Positions 9,451 to 20,000 of a stretch of 20,000 nucleotides of DNA are shown piece by piece (the stretch's first letter is position 1; every line of letters begins with the position of its first letter). This stretch comes from Asterionella formosa (taxonomy: Eukaryota). The DNA is taken from positions 44,726 to 64,725 of the forward strand of contig NKIB01013066.1 in the NCBI GenBank assembly GCA_002256025.1, written 5' to 3'. The notes below the pieces were generated by a model. It searched no databases and had not been told where the DNA came from. It saw only the letters and a list, made by a program, of their open reading frames with translations. Position numbers and translations under genes: made by a program.

Positions 9451-12400
9451 CTACAAAGCAGTTTTTTCTGTTGTCCTCTCCTTGTATATGGTGTCGTCAA
9501 TGGTGCCACAAGCCAAAAACCGCCAAATATTTACAGTCTTTGTTTGACCGAAACGCCGAACACGCCCAATGGCCTGTGTTTCATACGCGTTGTACTGATG
9601 TTGAGTGTCGGCAAGAAGTGGATGAACAAAGATTGCATGATTGCATGTTGTGAGATTGACACCAGCAGAACTCTCATCGTCCATCGTCAGCAACAGAACT
9701 TTTGGATCCTCCTTACTTGGGACTTCCTTCTGGAGTACATCCAATGCCTTGATTTGCTGTGAAATTGAACCCTTCACTTGCAATGCTTTGACGCCACGGT
9801 CTTCCAAAGAGTCTGCTACTTTTTCCTTCAAATCTTGGAATTGCACAAAGACAATAACGCGGTCTCCTTGCTCCACCAGTTCTTTGATTTTCTTCACGAT
9901 CGCCGACAGCTTAGCCCCATAATGGCCACCTCCTTCATGGTCTTTATCAGCCCCGAGATCCACAGCAGTGCATACATGCGCATTTCGCACTGATGCCTTG
10001 CACGAGGGATCGATGCACTCTTCGCGATCAGCGTGATAGTGTAGGCACTTGAGACAACCAATGTGCCCACAAGAACTCAAAACACCGGCCTTATCCTGGG
10101 GAAGCAAATTTTTGTCTGGGTAGCATTCGCAATGAGAGTTGCCGTGACCGGAGCATACTGGAATTTTCTTATCCTTAAGTTGGAAATCACGGACCCAAAC
10201 AAAGTACCTTAGACTGCGTATTCTGCCACACAGCTCTTTCGCAAGAACTCGAACAGAATGCATGTGCTCACGAAGGCAGTATTTCCAATGTCGCAACTCG
10301 ACTGCATCTGGTTTCGAATGCGACTTTCGTTTGCGTTTCTTGGCAGGAACATCTTCGTCCTCGTCTAGGTCAAAGTCATCGCCGGTAAAGTAATCATCCG
10401 GGCGTTTCTCTGCAGCAGCTATAGCTTTTGCTACTATTCCCCGAATTTTGTCATGTACTTCGCTATCTGCACCCTGTGTAACGGAGTTATTGCTTTCCAC
10501 GTCAGCCAGGAACCTTTGCAACCTGTCTTCCACTTCACCATGTTCGGTCTTGGCAAATCCTAACCAGTCTGGCTGGTGTTCCAGAATGAAAACTCGTCGA
10601 GCCACACCGTTGGCGATAGCATTGAAAAAGTCGCGCTCACAACTGGTTAGCTGATCCCGACGAATAGAGACAATTTCCTCACAAGTTTCAAGAGGTGTGG
10701 CATCTTTTTTGTTCATGTTGAAATGAGCGCACGTCTTCAAAAGAGCTTCCTCTGCGCTCTTGGAACTCCCCAGGCTGTTCTGCATTCGTTCAGCACGGTC
10801 ACCGGTGGAGCTCTTCTTGCTTTTCAAAGCCTTCATGTTGTTCATTTCTAGGCTCATCAAGTGATTTTCAAGTTCAAGATAAATAGCCATTTCCGCGGGA
10901 GGCAAATTGACTAGTATCTTGTGTTCGTCACATTTTATCTCGTCGATTTCAGCAATGTTTTGACGAACGAAGCGATCGAAGAAGGCCTGACCTAGTTCAT
11001 GGCGACGCTCGTGCCACTGCATAGACTTCGTTTCGAGCAAATTCGAAAACTTTTCCAATTCAGTTTGTCCTTCACTACTTTTTGCTCCTCTCCTATTAGT
11101 TTTCGTTCCAGGGAGCAATTCATCTTTTCCAAGGTGGATTCCAAGGAGGTTTGCCAATTGCTGAGCATCATCGAAATTCGCATGGGGAGGAGTTCCAGAC
11201 AGACACCAACGGAAGGTCGACTTAAGTCCAAGCACCAGAGTAAGCACTCGGGCGCGGTCAGCCTTGTCGGCCAAGTAATGAAATTCATCAACGACCAGAC
11301 GCTTCCAAAAGAACATTTCAAGTGGCGGGCATTTCATTTTCTTATAGTTGCCTTGGACCTTTGAATTCTTCAAATCCCAAGGATCCTGATCAGCTTTGGC
11401 GACAACTGCAGGTCCTTTTTTCTTCTTGGCATGAACTCCATTCTTTGCTTGCTCTGCGCTTACATTCTTATATACGGCCTTTTTTTTATCTAGACGCACG
11501 CTATCACCATTTGAGTTGCTAGCGTTGTTCTTCGCATCCTCGTCAATACTTTTGTAAGCAGATGGACAATCGTTGCGGATGATAGAGACGCGTCGCATCA
11601 AACCAGTCAGGCACTGGTTGTATACGGCGTCGAAGTGCCGCCCTCCTGCTTTACCATTGGTAGGCAATGTTTCCGGATCAATACCGGACAAACGTCCAAG
11701 ACGCTGGAAGTACTTCTCACCACTGAGAACACCAAAATTGGCTACCACAATGTCCGCTTCCATGACTTCGTCAACAGATAGGTTGTTGAACGATGTCATA
11801 TCTTTGATGACGCATACTTTCACTTTCTTTCCCAAAAATTTCTCTATTTCGCGTGGCCATTGGCCCATGAGATGAGCCGGAACAATGACTAACGTTGCTC
11901 GAGTATAGATATACTGCTCTTTAAATTCTAACGGCGGGGGTTCAGGCTCACCATTAACTTCCACTGAAGCTCTGATGAGCCCAAGTGTGATGGCAGTCTT
12001 ACCGTATCCAACCTTGATTAAAGCAAACAAAGGAGATGAGATTTTTGACAGAAACAAACGTACACAAGCAAAGGGACATGTGGCCAAACCTACCTCGTCT
12101 GCAACAATGCCACCTCGAACAAGGACTGGTCGTTGCACTCTTCCTTCCGCACGCCAATTCAAGTTAGGTAGCACAGCCTCCACGACTTCTTCTTCCATAA
12201 AAGGCATTGTGCTAGCTTCCTGGTATAACATCCACTCCAGAGAACGGAGTTGCTCTTTTCGAAGTGGAAATCGTCCATCGAAACCTAACGGTTGATGCGC
12301 TTGTTTATCAAGTTTGTTGGAGGTCAGATGCATCTTCTGAAAGTCTCCATCTGTAAAGGATGATTTGTCGTGATGAGATACAATCCTCCAGCTGAAAATG

Positions 12401-15400
12401 CAACCTGCTTTTTGGCTGATGATACCCCCCTCTGCCATAGCGACCATCATTCTTCGTGTGAGGGACCCTAATGGAAAAACTCTCAGAGCTTGTTGAACCA
12501 AGCTGAAAGCGTTACATCCAATTTGAACTCTCAGCATACCCCGAAATGCTGATTTGTCTTCCTCCGCCTTCGCCTGGAGTCGTATAACCCAAGGATTGGG
12601 TCGTTTCTTGATAGCTTGTTCGTATATAGCAGCTTGTCGGCCGTCTTCAAGCGGCACAAACTTTTGAAGCCTGCTGATAGTAGCTAGTGTCCACATTACC
12701 ATTGGTTTAGCCGGAGCGCATTTTTGGCAAGGTATTTCCTCGCCATTTTTTTTCGGGGCCTCTGTATTGTCCATATAAAGCCACTCAGTGGAGGCAGTTG
12801 GCATGGGAACACGTGAAAGCGCAAAAGCCATCTCATCAAAGATGCGCTTCGATTTTCGAAGATTTAACTCCATGAAGCCCCCATCATTACGGTCGCATTC
12901 ATCAAAAAGCTTGTCTTTTGTTGACAAGGGGACCTGGCATGATAGGATCTCTGGACACGCTTTCCAGCCATCTTCCGCAAGTCCCACTGCAAGCTTCGAC
13001 CCAGTCTTGGGAATAGCGACAGTGAGAGAAGAAGTATCATCTTGATCCATGTCACATTTCATGGCAGCGGTTTGGTGCCCTTCCCAAATACCTGGGACTA
13101 GTGCGCTTACTAGTCGCTCAGGTCCGTCGCCCTCCTTGATTTCGCATCGGTAACATTCAGAGGGATCAATCTGTAGGATTACATCCCTGTACTCACCGTA
13201 CTTGGTGCGATGCTTCGATGTTGAGAACACAAACACATCCTCATCGCCTGTGTTGCAACGACCGCTTTGCAAAAAGAAGAAAATGCTTTCACCGCCTTCC
13301 TCACTAGCTGAGGGTGTCACTCGCTTGTGCATAGAACCACAAGCACCGCCGCATTTTGGCAATAGCAAGTATGTGCCTGCAATTGCATCACTTACAGAAG
13401 TGTTGCCAGCACTAATCACCTTGACTTCAATGCTTTCGTAACGCTTCTCGTTTTCGAAGTCACCTAAGATCCCCAATTTGGCTCGCCAACTGTCAACTTT
13501 CTCCCCCACACCCTTGATGCTCAACTTGATGGAATCTTTCTGCGGGATACAAACCTCCCATGTACCATCGATGAAACTCTTGGATTGTGACCGGTTCAAG
13601 CGCATTCGAGCTATAGGGCGCTCTAATGCGTCTCTGAGTTCCTCTTTCTCGGGAGGGACTTTGGCAAACAAGAACCATGTGGCATTTGAACGCGATACAC
13701 GGAGCTCAAGCTTTGACCCTTTGACTGTGGTGTATGTTGCTGTCCAGATATTTGTCCTAGTTACGCTGTTGAACCTGTATTCGTCAGCGCAAGGTGAAGT
13801 AGACGATTGAAGCGCCTCTGTCCAGCTAGACCAGCAAGCAGAATCCATATTTTCGGGCTTGCTGATACCCCCAATATTAAAACCATGGAGCTCAATTCTC
13901 ATTGGCAGCAAGTTTAAAAGTTCTTTTTTGAAGGTTTCTGGTGACACTCTTTTCGTGTTAAGAGGCATGGGCTGAAACTCGTGCTCCTCAAACTTTCTCG
14001 CTGGAGTTTCATCATCTATGCTCGACGTGTGTCCACAGGATTTGCACACAAGCAGTTCGGACGGAGGCAAAGTCTTCTCAATTCCTTCGCTAGAGCACAT
14101 TCTTGCAGATGCAAAGGCGTTGCTCAATACGTTTTCAAGCAGTTGAGATCCACTTTCAGCAGCAGATTCCATGATGGGACCCAGCCTTATTTTGGTTTCA
14201 ACGTAATCTCCCATATGTCGACTGACTTCAACTTCAGGATTGGCTGGTGTCAGGGCCCTAGGGACTAATGAGTGAACAATAGATCCCACCGACTTTTCTT
14301 GGACCACGTCCAATGCATCGTGTCCGAGAAGCAAAGCACTGAGGATACAAGCTCCCACAACAGTTGTGCTCATTGCGTTGCCGGCTAAATCCTTCAGATT
14401 TTCCTCCGTCTCTTTTGTCAGAATAAGATTTTCAGCAGGGATACCCTGTAGAAGAAGAAGCTCCTCGCCCACAAGGGGCCCTCCTCGATTAGTAACATAT
14501 GGAACACCAGTAGGAGTCAAACTGTATGGAAAATGCCACGGTTAGCCCAAATCGTTACGAAGAAAGCGTTGCAATTGCTATATTTCTTCGTCCTGTTTAT
14601 CTTTTATACGCACCATTGACTTAAACCCAATTTTCCCATTGTGTCGCGGTCGACATTTTGCGAAACGTTCCAAACCATAGTCTTTTCAGTGCAGTCAACT
14701 CCCTCCTTCGCGAGTCGCAAAGTGTTGATGTCCATCAAATCGTGAATGCGATGGACTTGGGCATTGCTCCATTCGTTCCAGGCAAAACTCGGCATCGTAG
14801 TCTTCCCAGATTCAGACCACCCAGTGAGAGGTCTCTTGTCGCCAAGATCTTCATCATTGCGGCATTTGAGATGTCGAGATTCACATTTTGTCCAGTCAAC
14901 TCTTCCAGTGCGTTCTTCGCTGGCTTCGCCTCGAGCATTGCATGATAGTCGGGCTCTGCCACGAATTACACGAGGGTCATCATTAGCAAACATAAATGCA
15001 TCCAACGAAGCTGATGCTGGACGCTCTAAGCTCTTGACAAGCGATTTCCAACCATCACCCACATTCCCTGGAATCTTGCTTCCCCGACGGACTGCAAAGA
15101 GATACCCGCGTTGCCTAGTGTGGGGAATATAGAATTGCTTGGTATCAACGAAAGAGTACTGTGCAATATACCCAATGCTCTCCATAATTTTGACCTTTAT
15201 ATCCCACGGCGCGCCTCGAACATTTTCAAGTATTACAAGGGCAGGTTTGGCCTTTTCAATCCACTCAACCATTCCGTAAAAGGTCTGCTTACTCTCTCCC
15301 TTCTCGCCAGTCTCCTTCATTGATTTCTAAACGAGAACAAGAAAGATTGAGTAAACTGACAAACCTGGTCATCACTTTCATTGTCAACAACTTACCTGCT

Positions 15401-16918
15401 TGACATTTAAATTCGAGTAATCAACGCAAGAAGTACCGGCCACGAGCATATCTACACATCCAGGAGTGTTCGGTACTTGCGCCAAAGATCCATAGGCTGT
15501 ATGTGCTTGATCATTCCCCAATTCCCGAATATCACGAAAGAGCAAGGGTGGTTGAAAGTTTCGCTCAATGTAGGCCTGCTTAAACGGCTCAATCTCGCAA
15601 CTAAAGACGTGCTCAATTTGAATCAAGTGATCAAATGACTTGTCATCCTTGAATTTTGACCGACAAAAGTCTTCAATCGATTTGGTAATCATATCCAAGG
15701 CCAAAATGGGTGACTCAGTTCCAGAACACATAGTTGCCACTCGCAACGGCCGATGGTGCAATTTTTTCAACAGAGGTACAATCAAGTTTGTCGTTTTTCC
15801 TCCGTCGGTTAGTTTGTTAGAAATCATGTCATCGAACATTTCCTGGGGAGCGGAAATTATGGGTAAGTCAGCGCCTGCAGAGTAGGCTGCCTTGCCGTAA
15901 CTTCGACCAGCCCCAGGGGCAGTAGCAGAATCATCCGAAACTTTCGGTTTGGTTGTTGGCTTCTTCTTTGGGGCAGTTGCTTTCTTTGACTGTTTGCCGT
16001 CGAGAAATCCCCACGACTTGGAAGGCGCGGCCTTAGCCTTTTTCTTGGGTGGAGGAGTTGGTTCTTCCTCCTCAGTTTCTTCGGTCTCCGCAGACAGTTG
16101 ATCATCTTCTAGTTGATCTTCATCATCGCCATCAGACTTCAGAACAAACGACTCTTCGTCATCGCCTTCTTCCGAGAAACTGTCGGAATCGACAATAACT
16201 TTCCTCTGAACAGCTTTTCTCGGAGAGGTCCTTTTGTTGACCCGAGTAGATATTTCAAATTCTTCGTCTTCGTCGGAATCCAAAATGAGTTTCTTCTTGA
16301 CACTTTTTCGTCGGCTGACACGGAGCTCGTCGTCAAATCCGTCATCGTCTAAGATTCTTTGCTTCTTCTGCTTGTTCTTGATTTCTGGCACGTCATCGTC
16401 CGTGTCTGCAACGGAGGAGCGTTTTTCCGACTTCGACGCTCGTGTTTCCAATTTTTTTCGGCCAAGAGACTTTTTCACCACCTTTTTCTTTTTGGTGTCG
16501 GCTTGGAACTGCGCCACGACAGTGCTCATTTCGCCTAATGAGATATCTTCGTCGTCCCCGTCTTCGTAGACAATGTGGTAGTAGTCCGATGAAAACGAGA
16601 CAAGTTTGCCAACAAAAAATCCGTGTTCTCCAAAGTCCTGTGAAAGGGTAATGATACATCCAGTTAGTACAGACCACCAAGAATTGTATTCCACCCGCCG
16701 ATTGATTCCATGAATCGACCCAGCTTACCTTCTTAACCTCGGTACCGATTGGATATTTTTGCCTGTGTACCCTATTCGACTTCTTTTGTTGACCTTCGTT
16801 AACTTCTTCCATTTGCTCCATTTCGTCGTCGGCTCCTTGTTCCTCGTTGACGTGGTTGGCAACTTCAACTGTCTCGTCAATGTCGTCCTTCTTTTCCTCT
16901 TCATCCAGTGGTAGGGTT
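9451..16918 (-). CDS. DNMT5: DNMT5 DNA (cytosine-5) methyltransferase with N-terminal Tudor-like domain and C-terminal SNF2 ATPase with embedded RING; 5'-partial. Exons: >16918-16729, 16637-15396, 15326-14614, 14521-12094, 12012-9451 (>2,370 aa)
   Basis: MTase motifs: I ATMCSGTESP, II FSCEIEPFKQAYIERNF, IV AGTSCVDYS (SC catalytic dyad typical of DNMT5), VI ILENV, VIII FYIPHTRQRGY, IX/X LLQGIP...DLAGNAMSTTVV. SNF2 motifs: ADEVGYGKT (after splicing), TLVIVPAHLMGQW, VVDEFH, LSGTP, VIVFVQF, AGVNLT, QAIGRVRRFGQ. RING-like CGHIGCLKC...CIDPSC. All four splices restore frame and conserved motifs; the frame stays open into the gap; tandem stops TAG TAA. Confidence 0.93.
12013..12093 (-). other. Predicted 81-nt in-frame, stop-free intron within DNMT5 SNF2 motif I
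   Basis: GAG|GTAGGT donor and ATCAAG|GTT acceptor; removal converts ADE-VGLATCPF...ALIK-VGYGKT to ADEVGYGKT. Confidence 0.82.
14522..14613 (-). other. DNMT5 intron (92 nt)
   Basis: TG|GTGCGT donor and ATACAG|T acceptor; yields GLSQ-C-LTPTGVPY. Confidence 0.88.
15327..15395 (-). other. DNMT5 intron (69 nt)
   Basis: CAG|GTAAGT donor and TTTAG|AAA acceptor; contains an in-frame TGA; yields YSNLNVKQ-KSMKETGEKGES. Confidence 0.88.
16638..16728 (-). other. DNMT5 intron (91 nt) within the Tudor-like domain
   Basis: AAG|GTAAGC donor and TCACAG|GAC acceptor; yields YPIGTEVKK-DFGEHGFFVGK. Confidence 0.88.
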
Positions 16919-17701
16919 NNNNNNNNNNNNNNNNNNNNNNNNNNNNNNNNNNNNNNNNNNNNNNNNNNNNNNNNNNNNNNNNNNNNNNNNNNNNNNNNNN
17001 NNNNNNNNNNNNNNNNNNNNNNNNNNNNNNNNNNNNNNNNNNNNNNNNNNNNNNNNNNNNNNNNNNNNNNNNNNNNNNNNNNNNNNNNNNNNNNNNNNNN
17101 NNNNNNNNNNNNNNNNNNNNNNNNNNNNNNNNNNNNNNNNNNNNNNNNNNNNNNNNNNNNNNNNNNNNNNNNNNNNNNNNNNNNNNNNNNNNNNNNNNNN
17201 NNNNNNNNNNNNNNNNNNNNNNNNNNNNNNNNNNNNNNNNNNNNNNNNNNNNNNNNNNNNNNNNNNNNNNNNNNNNNNNNNNNNNNNNNNNNNNNNNNNN
17301 NNNNNNNNNNNNNNNNNNNNNNNNNNNNNNNNNNNNNNNNNNNNNNNNNNNNNNNNNNNNNNNNNNNNNNNNNNNNNNNNNNNNNNNNNNNNNNNNNNNN
17401 NNNNNNNNNNNNNNNNNNNNNNNNNNNNNNNNNNNNNNNNNNNNNNNNNNNNNNNNNNNNNNNNNNNNNNNNNNNNNNNNNNNNNNNNNNNNNNNNNNNN
17501 NNNNNNNNNNNNNNNNNNNNNNNNNNNNNNNNNNNNNNNNNNNNNNNNNNNNNNNNNNNNNNNNNNNNNNNNNNNNNNNNNNNNNNNNNNNNNNNNNNNN
17601 NNNNNNNNNNNNNNNNNNNNNNNNNNNNNNNNNNNNNNNNNNNNNNNNNNNNNNNNNNNNNNNNNNNNNNNNNNNNNNNNNNNNNNNNNNNNNNNNNNNN
17701 N
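16919..17701. other. Assembly gap (783 N) expected to contain the DNMT5 start and the DNMT5/DONSON intergenic region
   Basis: Run of N; the DNMT5 frame (TLPLDEEEKKDDID...) runs into it. Confidence 1.
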
Positions 17702-17792
17702 GGCTTGATTTTATGACATGTTGCTTGCTACATTTCTTTGTTCCATCCTTCATTACCATAGAATACACCACACCACCCCGAAGCACACTCTC

Positions 17793-19571
17793 ATGTCGGA
17801 AGGAACGGACCGCCTTGTTTTGTCACCAATCAATGCTCAAGACCGCAAACGCCTCATTTTAGAACGACGTCGACAACAACAATCCCCTATCGTCGCCTCC
17901 ATCACACACACAAAGAAACGAGGACTTTTTTGTGCCGACGAGCCGGTTCGACGGCGACTCTGTCATGACAGCAACTCCGAATCCACGATGACGAGTCCTC
18001 GTCGGTCCTTTCAAGTTGAACGGTCAACCTTATTTGGAAGTGTCATGAAAACGAATCCGAGTACACCCAACAAGCCAACCAGAACAATCAGCTTGAACCC
18101 AACAACTCCAGAAGTGAAGATTGCACCTCGGACGAGTACAGGTTCGAGTCCTGGAGGCCTGCAGAAGATTTTAGACAGCTTCACCAGTCCCTTTCGCGGC
18201 AAGGATGGGACGCCGGTGAAGTCACCAACGGTGGTGGAGGAAGAATGGAACGAAATGACATTGGACTCCACAGATATTATCGATTGGTCAATTCAGAATC
18301 GGTTGAGAGTGGAATGCCATCCAGGAAACTTGATGCCTGCGTCGATTCATCATGATGGCGGCGACGTGGAGCAAGAAGGGTTGGATATATTTCTTATGGG
18401 GTCGTCGTCTTTGGGTCCAACCCCTCGAGGTCAATGGGAGGCTGCCAGGCTCTATTGGCAGTACCCAGCGGATGATAGGCAACCTCTAACCAACGAGGTT
18501 GCAACCTTGTGGAATAGTGAATTCTCATCAATACCATCGAAGTTTCTTACATCGAAACAAGATCAACTAACGCAGCTAGCAAATGATAAGGTGCAGGCTG
18601 TCCGGGGTCCCCAAGCGCGTTTACAAAAATTGGCGAGAAACATTGTTGTGGATGGCAATGAAAAGAAACGCAGAGAATGGCAGGATGCATTCAGATCACT
18701 CTACTTTGCGTGGCTTCAAACGTTGGAGAGCAAAAAGGCTTATTTCTATGCAGTTCTACCTAATCAAACCATTTTATTTCGACCACAGGTGCAATCAGAT
18801 GGTGTAGTCGTTCCAGCGGTGGTCATGACAACGTCGACGCCGGAACTTCGACGAAGGCTCAACACGGCTGGAGTTCAACTGTACACCCTGTCAAGCCAAA
18901 CGAGGTTTGACGAACGAACATGGGCACAACCAGATAATTGTTGTAAGAGTGACGAAGTCAGCACACCTGTTAGATCCGATTTGGAAGCTCTAAGGAAAGC
19001 TCAGGCCTTTGGAGAAACAGCAGGGGCCGACGTGTCCGTTTCGACCAAATTCGGAAAGCGCTCGTCCACGCGAAAGATTCCTTCCCTCTTTATAACTGGT
19101 GATGACGATTGCTCTGCCTTTTTCGAAATTTATATGAATACCTGCGATGCCAACGAGCTCCCTACGCTGCTGTCCCGTCGAGTGGGAGGCTTTCTCCATG
19201 CCTCCATCAAGACATTAAACGTTACACACCGTCGCGAACAGTACCATAGCTACACGGGCAGTTGCACCAACGAGAACAATTCTACCTTGGAGTTAAGGGG
19301 AACTATTTTACCTTGCGCTGTGAACGAACTAGTGCAAGCCACAGCGATGCTGATGATGCACGACGTGTCAATGAACGGAAATCGTATCAATCCATCCGAT
19401 AACGACGGTGATGTCGGATCACATTACTTTATTATGAAGTCATCACGACCTAGTGTCGCCAACAATAGCAACTCGAGTGTGCATCTCAACTCTGTTGCTA
19501 AAATGACAGCAGTGTCAATGAGGGTATGGGATGCATCACGAGATGAGGTCGTTACCGTTAAGTGGGCTTAA
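17793..19571 (+). CDS. DONSON: DONSON (downstream neighbour of SON / humpty dumpty)-like replisome factor; likely start MSEGTD at 17793, alternative in-frame ATG at 17718
   Basis: Low-complexity S/T-P-rich N-terminus followed by family-like motifs IDWSIQNRLR, LYWQYP, EWQDAFRSLY, YFYAV...TILF, LPTLLS, FLHAS, LELRGTILP. Recognised from memory, not from a search. Confidence 0.75.
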   Translation: MSEGTDRLVLSPINAQDRKRLILERRRQQQSPIVASITHTKKRGLFCADEPVRRRLCHDSNSESTMTSPRRSFQVERSTLFGSVMKTNPSTPNKPTRTISLNPTTPEVKIAPRTSTGSSPGGLQKILDSFTSPFRGKDGTPVKSPTVVEEEWNEMTLDSTDIIDWSIQNRLRVECHPGNLMPASIHHDGGDVEQEGLDIFLMGSSSLGPTPRGQWEAARLYWQYPADDRQPLTNEVATLWNSEFSSIPSKFLTSKQDQLTQLANDKVQAVRGPQARLQKLARNIVVDGNEKKRREWQDAFRSLYFAWLQTLESKKAYFYAVLPNQTILFRPQVQSDGVVVPAVVMTTSTPELRRRLNTAGVQLYTLSSQTRFDERTWAQPDNCCKSDEVSTPVRSDLEALRKAQAFGETAGADVSVSTKFGKRSSTRKIPSLFITGDDDCSAFFEIYMNTCDANELPTLLSRRVGGFLHASIKTLNVTHRREQYHSYTGSCTNENNSTLELRGTILPCAVNELVQATAMLMMHDVSMNGNRINPSDNDGDVGSHYFIMKSSRPSVANNSNSSVHLNSVAKMTAVSMRVWDASRDEVVTVKWA

Positions 19572-20000
19572 TTGTGGCAATCCAGTATACCTCAGTAACG
19601 CATTCTTAAATTACCAAAAGGACAAAGCATGATGGATAAGAACATTACAATGCATCACGTTCAATTTATGTCAATTTTCTGACAGCAGGAGTTTCGCTCC
19701 CAACTTCCGACGATATAACATGGATTGTTTGAGTCGCCTTCTTCCTGAATTTGCTTTCCTACTACCGGTAGTTGCTACAAATGTAGGGGGAGAGTATGGA
19801 GGAGTTCGACAATTGGAACACCTGATGCTGTGATTCTGAAGTACTATTGATGACCGTAATAATTGTACACCAGTCACACTTGTGCAGTCTTCCTCATTAT
19901 GCTTATTTTTACTGTACAATGAATAAATACTTATAAATTAGTATATATTGTAATGCGAAACGATTCCCTTGACATTTTGTTGTTTTGTGGGACGGCATTA

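Noticed and set aside
14614..15800. Bacterial restriction-modification or defence methyltransferase-helicase system
   Set aside because: Spliceosomal introns, DNMT5-specific motifs and eukaryotic neighbours.
9451..16694. Three separate genes (SNF2 helicase, 238-aa ORF, 436-aa ORF) or a frameshifted pseudogene
   Set aside because: Canonical GT-AG introns join them into one intact DNMT5.
16911..16918. Telomere-like TAGGGTT beside the gap
   Set aside because: Single copy, and it encodes T-L of the DNMT5 frame.
16725..17786. ORFs spanning the second N-run
   Set aside because: Artefacts of N; the real frame on the left flank is the DNMT5 exon.

Overview
Eukaryotic, gene-dense scaffold with short GT-AG introns and two N-gaps (7284-7612, 16919-17701). 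Gene content and motifs suggest a diatom or related stramenopile (inference). In order: 3' end of a renalase-like FAD oxidoreductase (+, missed by the ORF track); an intronless secreted ~24-repeat LRR protein (-); a 2-exon PA-domain/TM/RING-H2 E3 ligase (+); the pre-60S factor REI1/ZNF622 (-); a 2-exon mitochondrial isovaleryl-CoA dehydrogenase (+); a >2,370-aa DNMT5 (Tudor-like + C5-methyltransferase + SNF2 ATPase + RING, at least 5 exons, 5' end in the gap; -); and a head-to-head DONSON-like replication factor (+). Most notable: an 81-nt in-frame, stop-free intron inside the DNMT5 Walker A motif; the divergent DNMT5/DONSON pair; sharp CpG depletion over the LRR repeats; a noncoding-restricted TACCGGTA palindrome; and a ZNF622 that has lost most of its zinc ligands. 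All counts were done by eye and no database searches were run.
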